Assembly: GCF_018350175.1 (NCBI RefSeq)
Contig: NC_058369.1
Location: forward strand, 19,470,001-19,534,000
Source: Felis catus
Lineage: Eukaryota
Reading direction: 5' to 3'
DNA length: 64,000 bases
Below, in pieces: positions 13,490 to 26,283 of the stretch. Under the pieces are notes generated by a model, which made no database searches, was not told the origin of the DNA, and saw only the letters and a program-made list of their open reading frames with translations. Positions within the stretch are counted from its first letter, which is position 1. Each line of letters starts with the position of its first letter. Position numbers and translations under genes: made by a program.

Positions 13490-13970
13490 TAAGCCTGGCT
13501 GAGGAGCCCCAGCGCGGGCTGTTGGCTGTCGGAGTGCTCGGCTCCCGGTTAGCGCTGGCGCCAGAGCTCTCTAAGTGCACATTCCTCCGCTTGGGGAGTT
13601 TGATGGCCCGCGGGGCTTCCTCCGCAATGGCCTGTGCTGTTTACGAACCCCTCTCTGGCTTGGAAATAGACTGTCTTTCCTGAACGATTTTCTCTTTTCC
13701 CATTTACTAAACATTGATTTCCCCCCTCCTGCGCCTCTAATAGAGCAGAAACCAATACGTCTTTGTTTGCTTTTCTCGCGCGTTTGGGACGCGGGCGGCG
13801 GCGGGGGGCGCTGCGAAGGCGGCGGGGCCAGGCGGCGGCTGCGCATGTGCATCGGTTCAGGTGGCAGTGCCCTCCGCTGAACCACTCGAGCCCCGGCCGG
13901 GCTGCCCAGGCCCACATCTGGGACACCAGTACGGTGCCGGCACACCCAGTCCTCTGGGCTGCCGCGGGGA
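13490..13970. promoter_or_regulatory. Orphan CpG island (enhancer or lncRNA promoter candidate)
   Basis: Dense CpGs in a CpG-poor background. CCAAT 13752-13756, NRF1-like TGCGCATGTGCA 13840-13851, FOX TGTTTAC 13638-13644. Confidence 0.65.
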
Positions 13971-16900
13971 GTGGTGGCAATGGTACCAGGAAGACAACCT
14001 TTTCTTAATCGTTTCCTAACTTTCCTACAGGCAATTTTATTAGCAGTGCCTCACCTTCAGATCCTTCTTTGAAGTCAAGGTACTTCTGGATGAGGGGTCC
14101 GTTTAGTGCCTGGGCTGCATTCAGTAGTGGCCAAGTGAGGCTGGGGCATTCTTTTCTTCTTGCATTCAGTCACCAGACATGTCAGAACACTTGCTGTGAG
14201 CCAGGTCTGTTGCTGGCTTGGCATGGAGGAGGATGAGGTCCCTGCTCTAGGGGCTCTAACTACGGGTCCCACACTGCTTTCTCCTCAGGAGGCGCTGGAG
14301 TAGAGAGAATTCCTAGACTGAGGCAGCTCTGGCAGGGGAGCGAGGAGCATCAGATTCCTAGGGGTAGGCCCTGGGCAGGCCACTGCTCCCTCTAAGCATC
14401 AGATTGTGTATCTGAAAACCCGGACTATAATAGTTCCCTGAACAGAGTGGCTTCAGGAATGAAGTGTTGCCCAGCATTGTGCCTGGCATGGTGTAGCTGC
14501 TCAAGAAAAGTTCCTTTCCATCCTCGCCCTGCCGTCCCCCTCAGCCCACTGAAGAAGCAAACGAACCAGGGCAGGGAGGAAGGATAACTGAGCATGAGAA
14601 GACCTCAGCCACCTGTGGCCATGGTGTTCCCCAGACCAGCCAGCTGTGCAAGCCTTCCCCTTGCAGAGTGGGGATTCAGCTCCCTGGTTGTCAGGAGGAG
14701 CTTGGCAGATGGAGTCACTGCTAGACCAGGATTCACATGTGACTTTGGCAAGTGTTTTCCCTCTCTGGACTCTGGTGTCGCTATCTGGAACATGAGTCTG
14801 GTGCTCAGGTGGGCTAGAACTGCTGACCGAGGCTGGTGCTGCCCATCCTGACCCTCAGGAGCACTCAGGCTTACCAGCACCCACTAACCCACCCCAAGAA
14901 TAGCTGCCACAGCTCTGGGTCCAAATTTTACTTTGCTGTTATTCGCGGTGGGAGCTTAGGCATATCCCTTCTGTCTTTGTGCCGGCTGATGGCCCCTAGT
15001 TCATAGAGTTGTGCTGGGGATCAAATGTCATGAGAGTGTCCAGCTCCTGAAATGCAGTAAAGACTCCATTTGTGGAGAGGGTAGAGGGGCTCAGAGAAAG
15101 GAATGGTGGGCCTGGGTGAGATGCCCCAAAGTAGAAGTTAAAACAGGGCCCCTGGCCTCTCTGCCAACAAGTTATGTGGTTACATGTCCATCCAGAACCC
15201 CTAGGAGCTTCCCAACAGCTCTGTGAGGGACCTTTTAGAAACTGTGGTTTGTTCCCATTTTACAGATGAAAACAACGGGAACTCAGAGAAGGGAAGGATC
15301 TTGCTGAAGTCACACAGCAAGAGAAAGGCAGACCCAGAAGAGGGCCCAGACCTACTGACTCTAGGTTGGGGTAGTCTGTAGTCATTGGATGTGTCAAGAG
15401 AAGAGAGGGCACATCTGGCAGGGATGCCTGCTGGGAGCAAAGATCTAGAGGCAAGAATATGTATGATGCAGTCTGGAGGTCAAGGTCAATTTTTAAACTT
15501 CCCAGGAATTTGTCTCTGGCTTGTTTGTGACTAAGTGAAATGTAGGAGGAGACTTCATGGAGTTGTGCCTCATGGAGACAAAACCCAGAAGTCTCGGTGG
15601 ACAAATACCAAGGGAACAAGGCTAGGGCAGATGCAAAGAGGAGTTTGGGGAGACTGAAGGGCAAAAAATCAGACAGGGATACAGGCAGAGAGATGGAGAG
15701 ATAGAGGGATGCACAGATAGATGGGTTAACAATGGATAGATGGATAGACAAATGGACAGACCAATGAACAGAATCACTGAGAGCACTGAGCAAGATCCAG
15801 CAGAGCCAAGAGGAAGAAGGGTATCCCCATATCCCAGGCAAGAGTACCTGTGTGAGCAAAGGCTCCGAGGTGAGGCTGAGAATGACCTCAGGGCTTTGGG
15901 CAGTTGGGAAGGAGGCTGGTATCCATTACAGTAAACCTCAGAGGCCGAGGGCTATGAGGAAAGCAGGACTGGGGTGGCAAGTGGTTGGGAGGTGGGAGAG
16001 GAGGTAGTTATGTCCCCCTCCAGACTCCTGCCAACCCCAGAAAAGCCCACAACAGGACAAAGGTGATTCTAGGGTGGGTTGGGTCATTCACATCCTCTAA
16101 GGATCACTGTACCCGTAACCCCGTACAGTTGGTGCCCAATGTCTATTTGGAGAAAGGACTCAGATGGAGATGACTTCACTGTACCAGGAGCCAGGTGTGA
16201 GGCTGACCTCCAGAGTAAGGCTGTGACCACCCAGGGCCAGCTAGGGCAGGTGGTGGGCAAGCGACAGACACCCTGAGGGAGCCAGCTGCAGCCACAGCAC
16301 AGGGAGCCTCAGTAGGGGCCTGGACCAATTAGGAAGGAAGGGGAGGCAGCAATAATTAAAAATTAAAAGCCAACAAGACAGCAGTTTAAAAATGGAAGGA
16401 GTGAGTAAAACAATTAGCAGAGATGAGGCAACAGGGCAGGCATGATACAAATGGAGCTGATCACAAAGCACTAATGACATCGGGAAACCTAATTTTTACG
16501 GTGTCAGGACTGCGTGATGAAGCACTGGGCCTGCTCCCCTGAACCAGTCTCATGCTGTCTGAGGTCAGTGGCACTTGGTCTCCCTCCACACACCGCAGAG
16601 GGGCCTGAACACGAGGCCTGGGGGCAGAGGGCACCTGCTGGTGGGGAAACTTGGAGGCGGAGAGGCCTAGGGACAGTGCTGGGGGGTGGGGGGTGGGGGT
16701 GGAGGAGGACAGGACCCTAAGTCTGGGAAACCAAGGCACGAGTCGAGGGGGCCAGATATCACCCCCTCAGTGTCGACGCTGACAAGGCAGCGGTGGTGAA
16801 GTCACAGTCCTCCCCAGCACGCACCCGGTTGCCGCGGAGACCAGGGGACCCTCCCGCCAGAGGGAGGCTGAGTCAGTTTGAGTAATGGCGGAGAACGCCG

Positions 16901-18189
16901 CCGCTGATGGGGAAAAATACATCTTCATAACAGGGTGAACCTTTTGGAAAATGGAATAAGTAAAATAATTGAGAGAAAGAAAATTGAGTTTTTATTGCTT
17001 TTTAAGTGTTTAAGTGGAGGTTTCATTTAGGGAAATTATCGTTGCTTTTATTTTTAGCCACCCGGTAGGGTAGGGCGGGGCCTGGGAGAGCTTTGATTCG
17101 GGGCGGGGCTCTCCTGCCCCTCCTCCGAGGAGCCCCAGGGGCAGCCCATCCATCTCCCCAAGATAGGAAGGCGTCCAGGGCTCCTTCTGGATCGTGCCTT
17201 GCCTCATGGGGTGTCTTGGGTCCTGCATCAGGCTGGTTGCTTCACCACCTCTCTTGTCCTTCTCCTGTGTTGGAACGCCCCCCCTGTTCTGTCACAGCTC
17301 TTGGCCACACAGTCTGGGATGAGCTGGAGGCCTCCCCCAGGGCTCCTCTTTAGGCTGAGTCTCTGGATGCCCCGCTTTTAATTTCCTGGCTCCTCCTGAC
17401 TGGTCCTGTGTCTTCTGTCCCCTGCTCTTGTTGAGGGACTCATCTGCTCCATCTCTGATGGAGTGTGGGGGGAGCGGGGAGGGATCCCTTAGTCTTTGGA
17501 CCTGATGCCCAGAAAGTGCTTGTTGAGCCTCTCTGATGCCCTCTGCCAAGCCTGGGTGTCTACAGCCGCATCCACCATTCTTATCCCCATTCACTCCCCT
17601 GTCCCACCTCTGGCTGGAACCCTTCCACCTCCTGGAAATGGTTCAGTCCAAGGCCACCAAAGACCCCACCAGGCAGATCACACACAGTGGACGAGGTGGC
17701 CTGCCTCTCCAGACCCCAGTGCCCTCCTCTGCCCCATGTCTGGCTGTTACTTGGGGTTCCATCTTAGGCCTACTCCAGTACTCCCTTTTCTGTCTCTGGG
17801 ATTGGTATCTCCAAGGCTCCAGTCTTCCTAGGATCTTCCAGATTCTCTCCTGAGCCTCACATGGAAAGCTTTGCTGGCTAGTCTTCCTCACTCTTCACTG
17901 GACCCACCAACCCTTCTTGTGCAGTTCAACCCCTGATCGATTTATTCCACAGACCCCCTCAACTCTCACCAACATGGCAGTTCCAGCAACTCCTTGGTCT
18001 CCTGCCTCCACTCTTGGGCTCCCTGCCCTGACAGCTTTTTTCAATTCTTCAATAGTGTCAAGCTTTTTTCAACCCCTTTGGGGCCTTTGCTCATGTTATT
18101 CTATTTGCTGAGAAACTCCCCCCTTCTTCACTTAGCCTTGCCCAGGCATAGGGGGTACTTTCATCCTTCACGTTGTAAATTGGGAGGCA

Positions 18190-18600
18190 GAAACCATGAT
18201 TCATGTTATTGCAGTAACAAAATGGAATTTACTGGCACAAGTAACTGAAAAGTCCAGATCTATGAGCTTCAGGCATAGCTGGATACAGGTGCTCAAACAT
18301 TATTACCAGAACACAGCCTCTCTATCTTATACTTCTCTGAGTGTGAACTCCATGCTTCTCCAAGACCTTCCATGTCCTTCCCCCTCAGAATACCTCATTC
18401 CTGTACCCCCGGCAGAAGCCTCAGCATCGAATTGGTCACATGCCCATCCCAGAAAGTCATTATGGTCCTGAAGCTGGAGGAAGCTGATTGGCCAGGCTTG
18501 CACCAAGTCAGGGAGATAGGGGGAGGACGTGTGCTTGTCTCCAACCCATAGAGAGAGAAAATGATGGAGTCATGGATTCCCCAGGGACAACTGGGAGTGA
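18190..18600. mobile_element. MLT1-type LTR fragment
   Basis: 'gtaactgaaaagtccag...gcttcaggcatagctggatacaggtgctcaaac' resembles MLT1J/K consensus as recalled. Boundaries approximate. Confidence 0.55.
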
Positions 18601-19389
18601 GCACGGGAGCAGGCCTGGCCACTACTGAGCCTTCATGCTGCTTTAATTCCCTTTCCTTGATTCATTCCTGGGGCGGGGTGGGTGGTGGGTGGGGGTGATT
18701 CTTTTCTTGTCTGGTCCCCTCTAGGCTGTGCCCCAGAGGCAGGGACCAGGCTGTCTTGTTCACCACAGGATCCCCAGTGCCAATGAGTTAAGGGGAGCCC
18801 CCTCGTGTTACAGATGGGGAAACTGAGACAGGGTCTTGGCTAAGATCACATATCTATGTTCATGCTAAGGTGCACTATGCTCTGCCCCTCATGACATCTC
18901 CATTACTCTCCCACCAGCCCCTCCCCACCCTCTTCCCAGTGCTCCCACAGCCATCTTCCCCCTCCCAAATCACCCCCATTCCCACACATGCCTCCATCCG
19001 TCTGCCTGTCTGCTCATCTCTCCTACACTCCTCCCATGGTATCCACACTCTGATCTCTACTTCCTCAGTCCCAAAGCTGCCATATGCAGCTCCAAGGCCT
19101 TGGTGGCCCCCCACTGATTCTGACATGCACACAACAGCCCCTCACCAGCATGTGGCTTGTTGGCTTGTTAGCAACTGCTTTCCACACCACACACCTGCCT
19201 CCCCTCCTGCCCCTTAGCTACACTGTCTCAGTCCCTTCGGACATGTCTTCTTCCAGCTGTCCCTGGATCATGCCTGTCCCAGGGCTCTGTCCCCACTGAT
19301 GGTCTCATACCTTCTCTCCAAGTCCATCCTTGCTTGTGGCCCCATTCTCATCCTTGGGCCATAGTATGCATGTTGTTCTCCTGGATCCT

Positions 19390-19613
19390 TTTTTTTTTTT
19401 AATTTTTTTTAATGTTTATTTATTTTTGAGAGAGAGAGAGACAGAGTGCGAGCAGGGGAGGGTCAGAGAGAGAGGGAGACACAGAATCTGAAGCAGGCTT
19501 CAGGCTCCGAGTTGTCAGCGCAGAGCCTGATGTGGGGCTCGAACCCACAAACCGTGAGATCATGACCTGAGCTGAAGTCAGATGCTTAACTGACTGAGCC
19601 TCCCAGGTGCCCC
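19390..19613 (-). mobile_element. CanSINE (SINEC_Fc type)
   Basis: Full-length. 16-bp TSD TGTTCTCCTGGATCCT at 19374-19389 and 19614-19629. Confidence 0.95.
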
Positions 19614-20039
19614 TGTTCTCCTGGATCCTGACCTCTGACTCGAGTCACCTTATGAGACACCTCCCACACTGCACTTAGGATCTATTCCCAGACATGCTGC
19701 TCCCACCCACAACCAATCCATCCCTCCTCCCAGCCCTGCACGCCCTATAGAGCACAGGTTACAACACTCTGGTTTGGACAATCCAAACTCCAGATGGGCC
19801 TTCCCATCCCACCTCTGCTCAAAACCATCCCTGACTCCCTATTGTCCTCAGGATCAGCCTAAGCTCCTCCCTCCCACACCTACCACACTGACTGCTCCAA
19901 CCCACGCCCATGTCCTGACCCTGGCTGCTGGTCTCCACAGACAGACAAAGTGCCATCTCTGGAGGGTGTTTTCATTGGCTTTCTTCCCATGCCCCTGCTG
20001 TCCCCAATGCCTAAGTGCCTTCCCTGTCTTCTCCCTACA

Positions 20040-20262
20040 CCTATTCCTTTCCTTGGTTAACTGCTCCTATTCTTCCACCTTAGATCAGAGATCACCCACT
20101 CTAGGGAGACTTCTGTGCCCTCCATCCTGAGCCAGACTCTTGTCCCTGTCTTCTCCCCTGCTGTAGGATGTTTACCCATGTGTGCACTGATTCCTCTCGG
20201 TGTCTGCCTGTGTCAAACCCTGAGCCTGGTGCACATTACTGAATGAATGAATGAATGAATGA
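20040..20262 (+). mobile_element. L2 LINE 3' end
   Basis: Ends in the (TGAA)n tail typical of L2. Start approximate. Confidence 0.45.
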
Positions 20263-21002
20263 CTTTCCAGTGCTAGGGACTTTCACACATTGGACCGGTT
20301 CTTCCAATGTAGGATGTAGGTCAGTCAAAAAGGCCTCCCAGGGCATGTTTGGCAGAGTCCAAGACCAGCATTGCCAATTGAACAGGTCCTAAAGCATCCT
20401 GAAATGTGGGTAATATGTCTGTATTATCACCACTGGCCCCTGCCCCACCAGGAGAGGACCCTTGGGAAGCTGAGAGGGCACAAGCTCATCCTCTGCCCAC
20501 CTTGGGTCTCCTTTACATCCTTCTTATTCTCTCTGCCACCACTGAGTCCCGTCCTGGTCCCTTTGGTCAGTGACCTTGGTCATAGTTCCTTTCCCTTCCC
20601 CTTGCCTTCTGCTTTCCTCCCTGGGGTGTGTTCAGGAGCTGTCTCTGGCAGCCTCCTGCCTCACCCCCACACACACCTTGCCCTACCAGCTCCCATCCCC
20701 TCCTTGTGCAGCCTCTGTCTCCTGAAGCCCTGCCCTCCCTCAGCTGAGTGCAGCTGCTTTCCTCTACGAAGTTAAGTTGAACTGATCTGCTGTTTAATTG
20801 CCTGATGTGTTCATTGTCCATGTGGTCCATTGGCAGAGGTGGCTGAGGTGGTGGGCAGGCAGAGAGCTGGGATGTCTCAATGCCTAAGTGGGCACCTGCC
20901 TGCCCACCTGGGAGCATAGCACTGCAGATGTGCTTCCCAGAGAGGCCAGGGCAGCAGGAGAGGACTGCATACACCCACCCACACATGCATTCACCAACAC
21001 AC

Positions 21003-21003
<1 letters not shown>

Positions 21004-21033
<30 letters not shown>
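21004..21033. repeat. (AC)15 microsatellite
   Basis: Read directly from the sequence. Confidence 0.95.
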
Positions 21034-21035
<2 letters not shown>

Positions 21036-22454
21036 GCAGACTCTACTTCTAGCTGCAGCCAACAGCTGTTATCACTGTCTCTCCTGGGCCTGGCATTCAA
21101 GGCCTCCATGATCAAGCTGTAATAGACCACGCCAGCCACACCTCCTCAAGGTATTCCTGGACACACTGGGGGCTGACCAGAGGAGGAGGCATTCTATCTT
21201 TGTCCATCAGTCTGTCAGTGTGTCTGTGGAGGCGTCAGTCACTCTGGGACTCCCCTCTACAGGCACTTCTCTCTGAGCCTGCCAGGGTGGGCAGGGGTAG
21301 GCCAGGCCTCCCACTCACATGCCATCTGCCTTCCTCTCTCAAATCTGCACTGGAAAGCTCCTGAATTCTGCCCAGCCCTGAGTTGACCCCAGGCACTAGG
21401 AAAGGAGGAGGGGTGGCAAGGAAGATACCTCCTGGAGGAGGCAGAAGTCAGAGGATGAGCCTTCACTGAGCACCTACCGTGTGAGGAGCTTTTCACACCA
21501 CTGTAGTTGTTGGGTTTGGTTCTTATCACACTCCTGGCCTTCCTGTCCCCTGCCTGCACACCCTCCATGTCCCCCTCCCTTTCCAACAAGCAATGAGCTC
21601 CTCAGGGAGTGCCCTTCCCAAGTCACACCCCCCCTGCTTGACCCTCTCCAGCATTCCTTGGTTATTTTTGCAAGGCCAAGGATAAATCCCAGTTGCATCT
21701 CCTCTCTGGGTCAACCAGGAACCCCGGGGTGGGCTTGATTGCCTCTTCTGCTCACTGCTAACCTAGGTCCATCTTGCCACATTCCACCATGATACTCTCC
21801 TCCTTGCCTCCTCACAATGTCCATGTGCCAGGCAACCCCTGAGGTCCTCACCGGCCCTGTGGCAGAGGTGTGCCTCTTGATCCCATTGTATAGGTGGGGA
21901 AAGTGAGACATTGAGAGTTTAAGAGACTTGCTGGGGAGCTCACGGTAGAAAGTGGCAGAGGCAGGAAAGGAACTGACCCTGGGTCATCATTGGGCTGGCT
22001 GATACCCAACTCCTTTGCACACCTTCCAGACAGATGGGAAGACCGAAGCCCTGAGGCCAAGAAAGAAAGGTGCATGGTGGTCCCATGCACTGCAGCATGC
22101 TGATATTCAATGCATGGTATTCTTTCCAGAGGACAAAGTTTCCTCCTGAGGATTTCCTGCAGATTGGATTCCAGATTACAGGGAGCATATCTAGGCTGCT
22201 TGGGGATGGGATGCAAACCGTCCCAGGCCACAGCTCACATTTGCATCCGATGCCCATTACTAGACCCTCTTATCTCTACAGCCCCAGGGGCCTCTCTTTG
22301 TAGGGTGTCATTAGCTGTTCCTCCCCTTTGAAGGGAAGTGGTCAAAGGGGTCTTTGTCCAGCGCCAGCCCTGGAAGGCTGACCTTGGATGAGTGAGTACA
22401 GTGACCACTGTCAGTAGCCCCCTTCAACTCCTTTCTCTCCCCGCGAGAGGGCAT

Positions 22455-22660
22455 GTGTGGGGGGAGGGAGCAGAGGAGGAGGAGGGGAAGTGGTGGAGGA
22501 AAACAGGGAGAAGGGAGGGGAGAAAGGGAGAAGGGTGAGGAGACAGACTATGAGGGAGGGGGAGGGGAAAGGGAGGGAGGGAGGAGGAAGGTGAAGGGAG
22601 GAGAGGAAGAGGGAGGAGAGGAGAGGAAAAAGAAGGGGAGGGGAGGGGAGGAGGAAGCAC
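22455..22660. repeat. G/A-rich low-complexity polypurine tract
   Basis: About 200 bp of almost pure purine on the plus strand, made of GGA/GGGA units. Confidence 0.9.
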
Positions 22661-23035
22661 AACCTGACCTGCAGTGAGGCTGGAGGGAGGGGAAGGCTGG
22701 CCGCAGGGGAGGCAGCGGTGGCTGCAGGAGACAGATAAGGTTGGGGAGAAAGACGTGGCTGATGGGAGCGGAGGGATTAGGGGCTCCAAGGGCCAGTCCT
22801 GGGCCTGTGAGTGGAAACTCAGGAAGAAGGCAGGCTGCCCTATCAGAAGGGATGAGAGAGAAGAGAGATCCCACTCCGGGGGACTCCTGTGCCCTTGGGG
22901 AGCAATGAGAAAAGCCCTGCCCCCATTCATCTCTGCTGCCTAGTGAGCTATCCAAGCAGGCTCGGGCCTCTGGACCTGGGCCTGGTCAGAGGCACAGGGC
23001 AGTGTGGAAGACACCCTGAGCTCAGGGCCCTCCCC

Positions 23036-23519
23036 TGTAGGGGAGGAAAACTTCCTCCTCTTCCCGTCTGGGTTTTTTGGCTAGCCTAATAATTAAATTG
23101 ACATAGACAGATTAACAGGAGAAAAATATTTAATTTCATATGTACAGAAGCTCAAAAAATCTGAGACTCAAATAAGTGACCAGCTTTTATACCTTTTGGA
23201 CAAAAGCGGCAGCTTTTATACCTTTTGGACAAAGAAATTATAAATTTGTGAAGAACTGACAAGGCAAAGTTTGGGGCAGGGGTAGTAAATGGTTGAGGTT
23301 CTCGGCCTTGAATTCCCATCTCTGGCGATAAGGGTGTCTCTCCACCTCCTGGTACAGGAAGGCTACTTTTCACCTGGGAGATGTATTTCCTGTTTTCAGG
23401 GGGACAGAGAAGGGCCAAAGTGTCCTTCCTGCACCAGCTGCTTCTTAAGAAACTTTAATTCCCCAAAATCAGTATGCCAAAATGGCATGTTTTGGGGTGG
23501 CTTGCCCTGAGCCCTATCA
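23036..23519 (-). mobile_element. ERV1-class solo LTR (MER34/MER39-like)
   Basis: TG...CA termini. Minus strand begins 'tgatagggctcagggcaagccaccccaaaacatgccattttggcata', like MER34-family LTRs as recalled. Imperfect 4-bp TSD cccc/cctc. Confidence 0.75.
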
Positions 23520-26264
23520 CCTCCAATCAAAGGAGATAACTCATGGCTATGGCAGTCCACCACATGCCAACCTGGCATGCTCACACCCTGGCAGGCATGT
23601 ATGCCAGCCATGGAGGCAACAGGGACTGTCCCTGCCCTGGCGGAGATTGGCTACCCTTCACACATGTGTTCTATGCAGCTGTGTTCTTACTGAGGGCCAC
23701 GCACAGTCTTTTGGATTCCCATACTCTCCTTGGTGCCTGTGGCCTCTCACCTGGGGCAGGGGGAGACATGCTCATGCCAATTGGGCTGGGCCCCAGTACC
23801 AGGTGGGGTAAGGGCCCTGCATAGCATGGCTATGCATTCTCAGGGCTAGATTCTGAGGACATTCCTCTTCACCCCCTGAAACAGGATAAGGCAGGCTCCT
23901 TGGGGAGGCCTATGGGCCCCCTGGGCTCCAAGCTGGAGGAGCCCAGGCCTGAGGCTTCCTGAGTTTGCACTGATCATAAGGCTGAGCCTGGGAACCAAGT
24001 CTTTCCTGGCCAGAGGAACACAGCTCAGTGTGGGTGAGGGTGGGACCCCCACCTTGCTAACTGTGCTGTGCCCAGTACCCAACACATGTGGGCATGTTGT
24101 GGGCACTCATAGATGTCTGGAGCAGATGAATCTTGAGCTCTTAGAAGCTGAGTTTCCCAAGGGCTTGGTGGGAGGGGGTCACTTCTCCAGTCCCCTGCAG
24201 AACTGTGCAGGGACCTACCTGTGGTAGCTTCCTCCCTGGGGGAGTCCAGCTGATGAGACTGGGAGTTAGGGAAGGGCTACCCAGTATCAGCCCCATGGAA
24301 TAGAGATAGGACCTGTTGGCCAAGAGCCTGGATGCTGGGAGCAGCTGATGGAGATAAATGTTCCCTATCTGGGTGGGGGTCAGGGCTGGCTAAGGTGGCC
24401 TTGGGCCTGATGGATGAGTCAGGGGTGGGCCAGGAAGTTGGGGAGGCCTCCTGCAGGGGATCTGTCCATGTAGCAGGGACCCAGCTGCCTGCAGCCTGCC
24501 CAGGCCACCTCCATGGGAGGGCTGAGAGTCTGGGGGAGGGGAGAGGCTTGCCCTACCCTGTCACGGGTGTGGATGCTGAGGCCCTGCTGGGCCCACAACT
24601 GCCCAGTGGGCCAAACTTCTGTCCAGGCAGGAAATGGTGGGTTTTCCTGGGTATATTTGTCAAGTAGACCAAGACTGTCCTCACAAAGACCTCAGTGTGA
24701 GGGCTGAGCTGCTGGAGGGCCTAGTCCCAGGCCTTATTTGTTTGTTTGTTCATTCATCTATTCATTTATTCCCACATCTGCCCCTGGTGTCCTTTCCTGC
24801 CTGCTATAAACCCTTCTCCACCCAGTGAGTCCAGGCCCTTCCCACTCTGGCCTCTCCTTGCCCGTGCCACTCTCCTTCTGCCTCACTGGCTTCTTGGCTG
24901 TTTCTCTAAGAAACCTCTAAACCTTTGCTTTTGCTGCTGTTGTTTGTTCCCATCTGGAACCCTCCTACCCCGGATGCACGCATGGCTAACAACTCTTGAC
25001 ATTCGGGTGTCAGCCCGGTGCTTCAGGAGCTCCCCCTCCCTGAGTGCCCATCTGAAGCTCCCCCTCCACTTTTTATTTCCACACAGTCTTGTTTTGTCTC
25101 ATTCAGAGCCTAAAAATACCTTGTTTATTGGTTCTTTGTTTATCATCTGTCTTTCCCAGGCGTTGGGGAGCCCAAAGGAGCCATCACCTCACCAAGACCT
25201 TCCTAGGAGACAAGGTTTCAGCTGCTTTCCCTACTGGTCCACGAGTGCCCAGGACCCCGGGGGGGAGGACACACTCAGGTCGGAGTAAGATAGGCCTTGT
25301 TCATGGCCCAGTAAAAAAAGGGTAGTTGCCAGGGCAATTGGCTGCCCATCTCTGAGGGTCTCACATAAAGGCTTAAGGCTTTGATCCAGCCTGTCAGAGG
25401 GGGCTCAAATGGTCATGACTCCAGGGACCCTACACACCTAGAAAGCAGGTTCCCCAAGCCCTGCCGTGGTTAAGCCCCATGGCTGGGGTGCAGAAAGGGT
25501 GCATGCCGAGATTGCCACCAAGTCTGGGCACCTCCTTATCCAGTATGATAGAGATGAATGAGAAGCATGTGGAGCTGGAGTGGATGACAAGGAGGCTGAT
25601 GCAGCCTGAGTGATGCAGGGCTTGGGGAGGGGAACAAGACATTGGGAGGTGAGACACTGGAAGAATCCAGGACACCATCCCTCCATAGCGAAGAAGAGAA
25701 ATGTGCTTGGGAGTGGGGTGGAGGCAGTGGCTCCTGGGCCCAATTCAACCTCAACCCATAGATGGACAGTGCCAGAGTCTTTAATGCCACCCTGGTGCTG
25801 AGTTCTGGATGGGGAACCAAGTAGAGGGCAATGGGACCTTGCACAACAGTCCTGGCTCCTCTCCCCATCTACCCCCACCCTCTTCCTTCTTCCTCTACCT
25901 TCCCAGGGTCCTCAGTCTTCAGGAAGGGTCCTCTCTGGTTACCGGCTGGGAATCAGTGGGCATGGTCAGGGCTGTGGGTGTCTCAGGTAGCCAAGCTCCT
26001 AAGACCCACCCCAGGAACCCCCAGTCTCTGTTCTTCCCACCCAGCTACTATCCCAGCAGCCCCTACAAGAGCAGAGAGGAGTCAAGGCCAAATTTCCCTC
26101 ATTCCTCTGAGATGGAAGGAGGTCCTGTACCTTGGAGGAACTATGGCCCCATCTTGCCTCAGCTTTGGAGGTCCAGGGCCACCAGATAACCTCAGGGTCC
26201 CTTTGGAGGTCAAGTTTACAGCTCCAAAGAGAAAGGACAGAACAAGGCACACTGTGGCTTCCAC

Positions 26265-26283
26265 TGCTGCCACCTGGTGGCTG
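26265..26283 (-). promoter_or_regulatory. CTCF motif (reverse)
   Basis: Minus strand reads CAGCCACCAGGTGGCAGCA, a near-ideal CTCF core. Confidence 0.7.

Noticed and set aside
22411..22955. Overlapping Pro/Ser/Leu- and Gly/Glu-rich ORFs
   Set aside because: Translations of a low-complexity polypurine tract.
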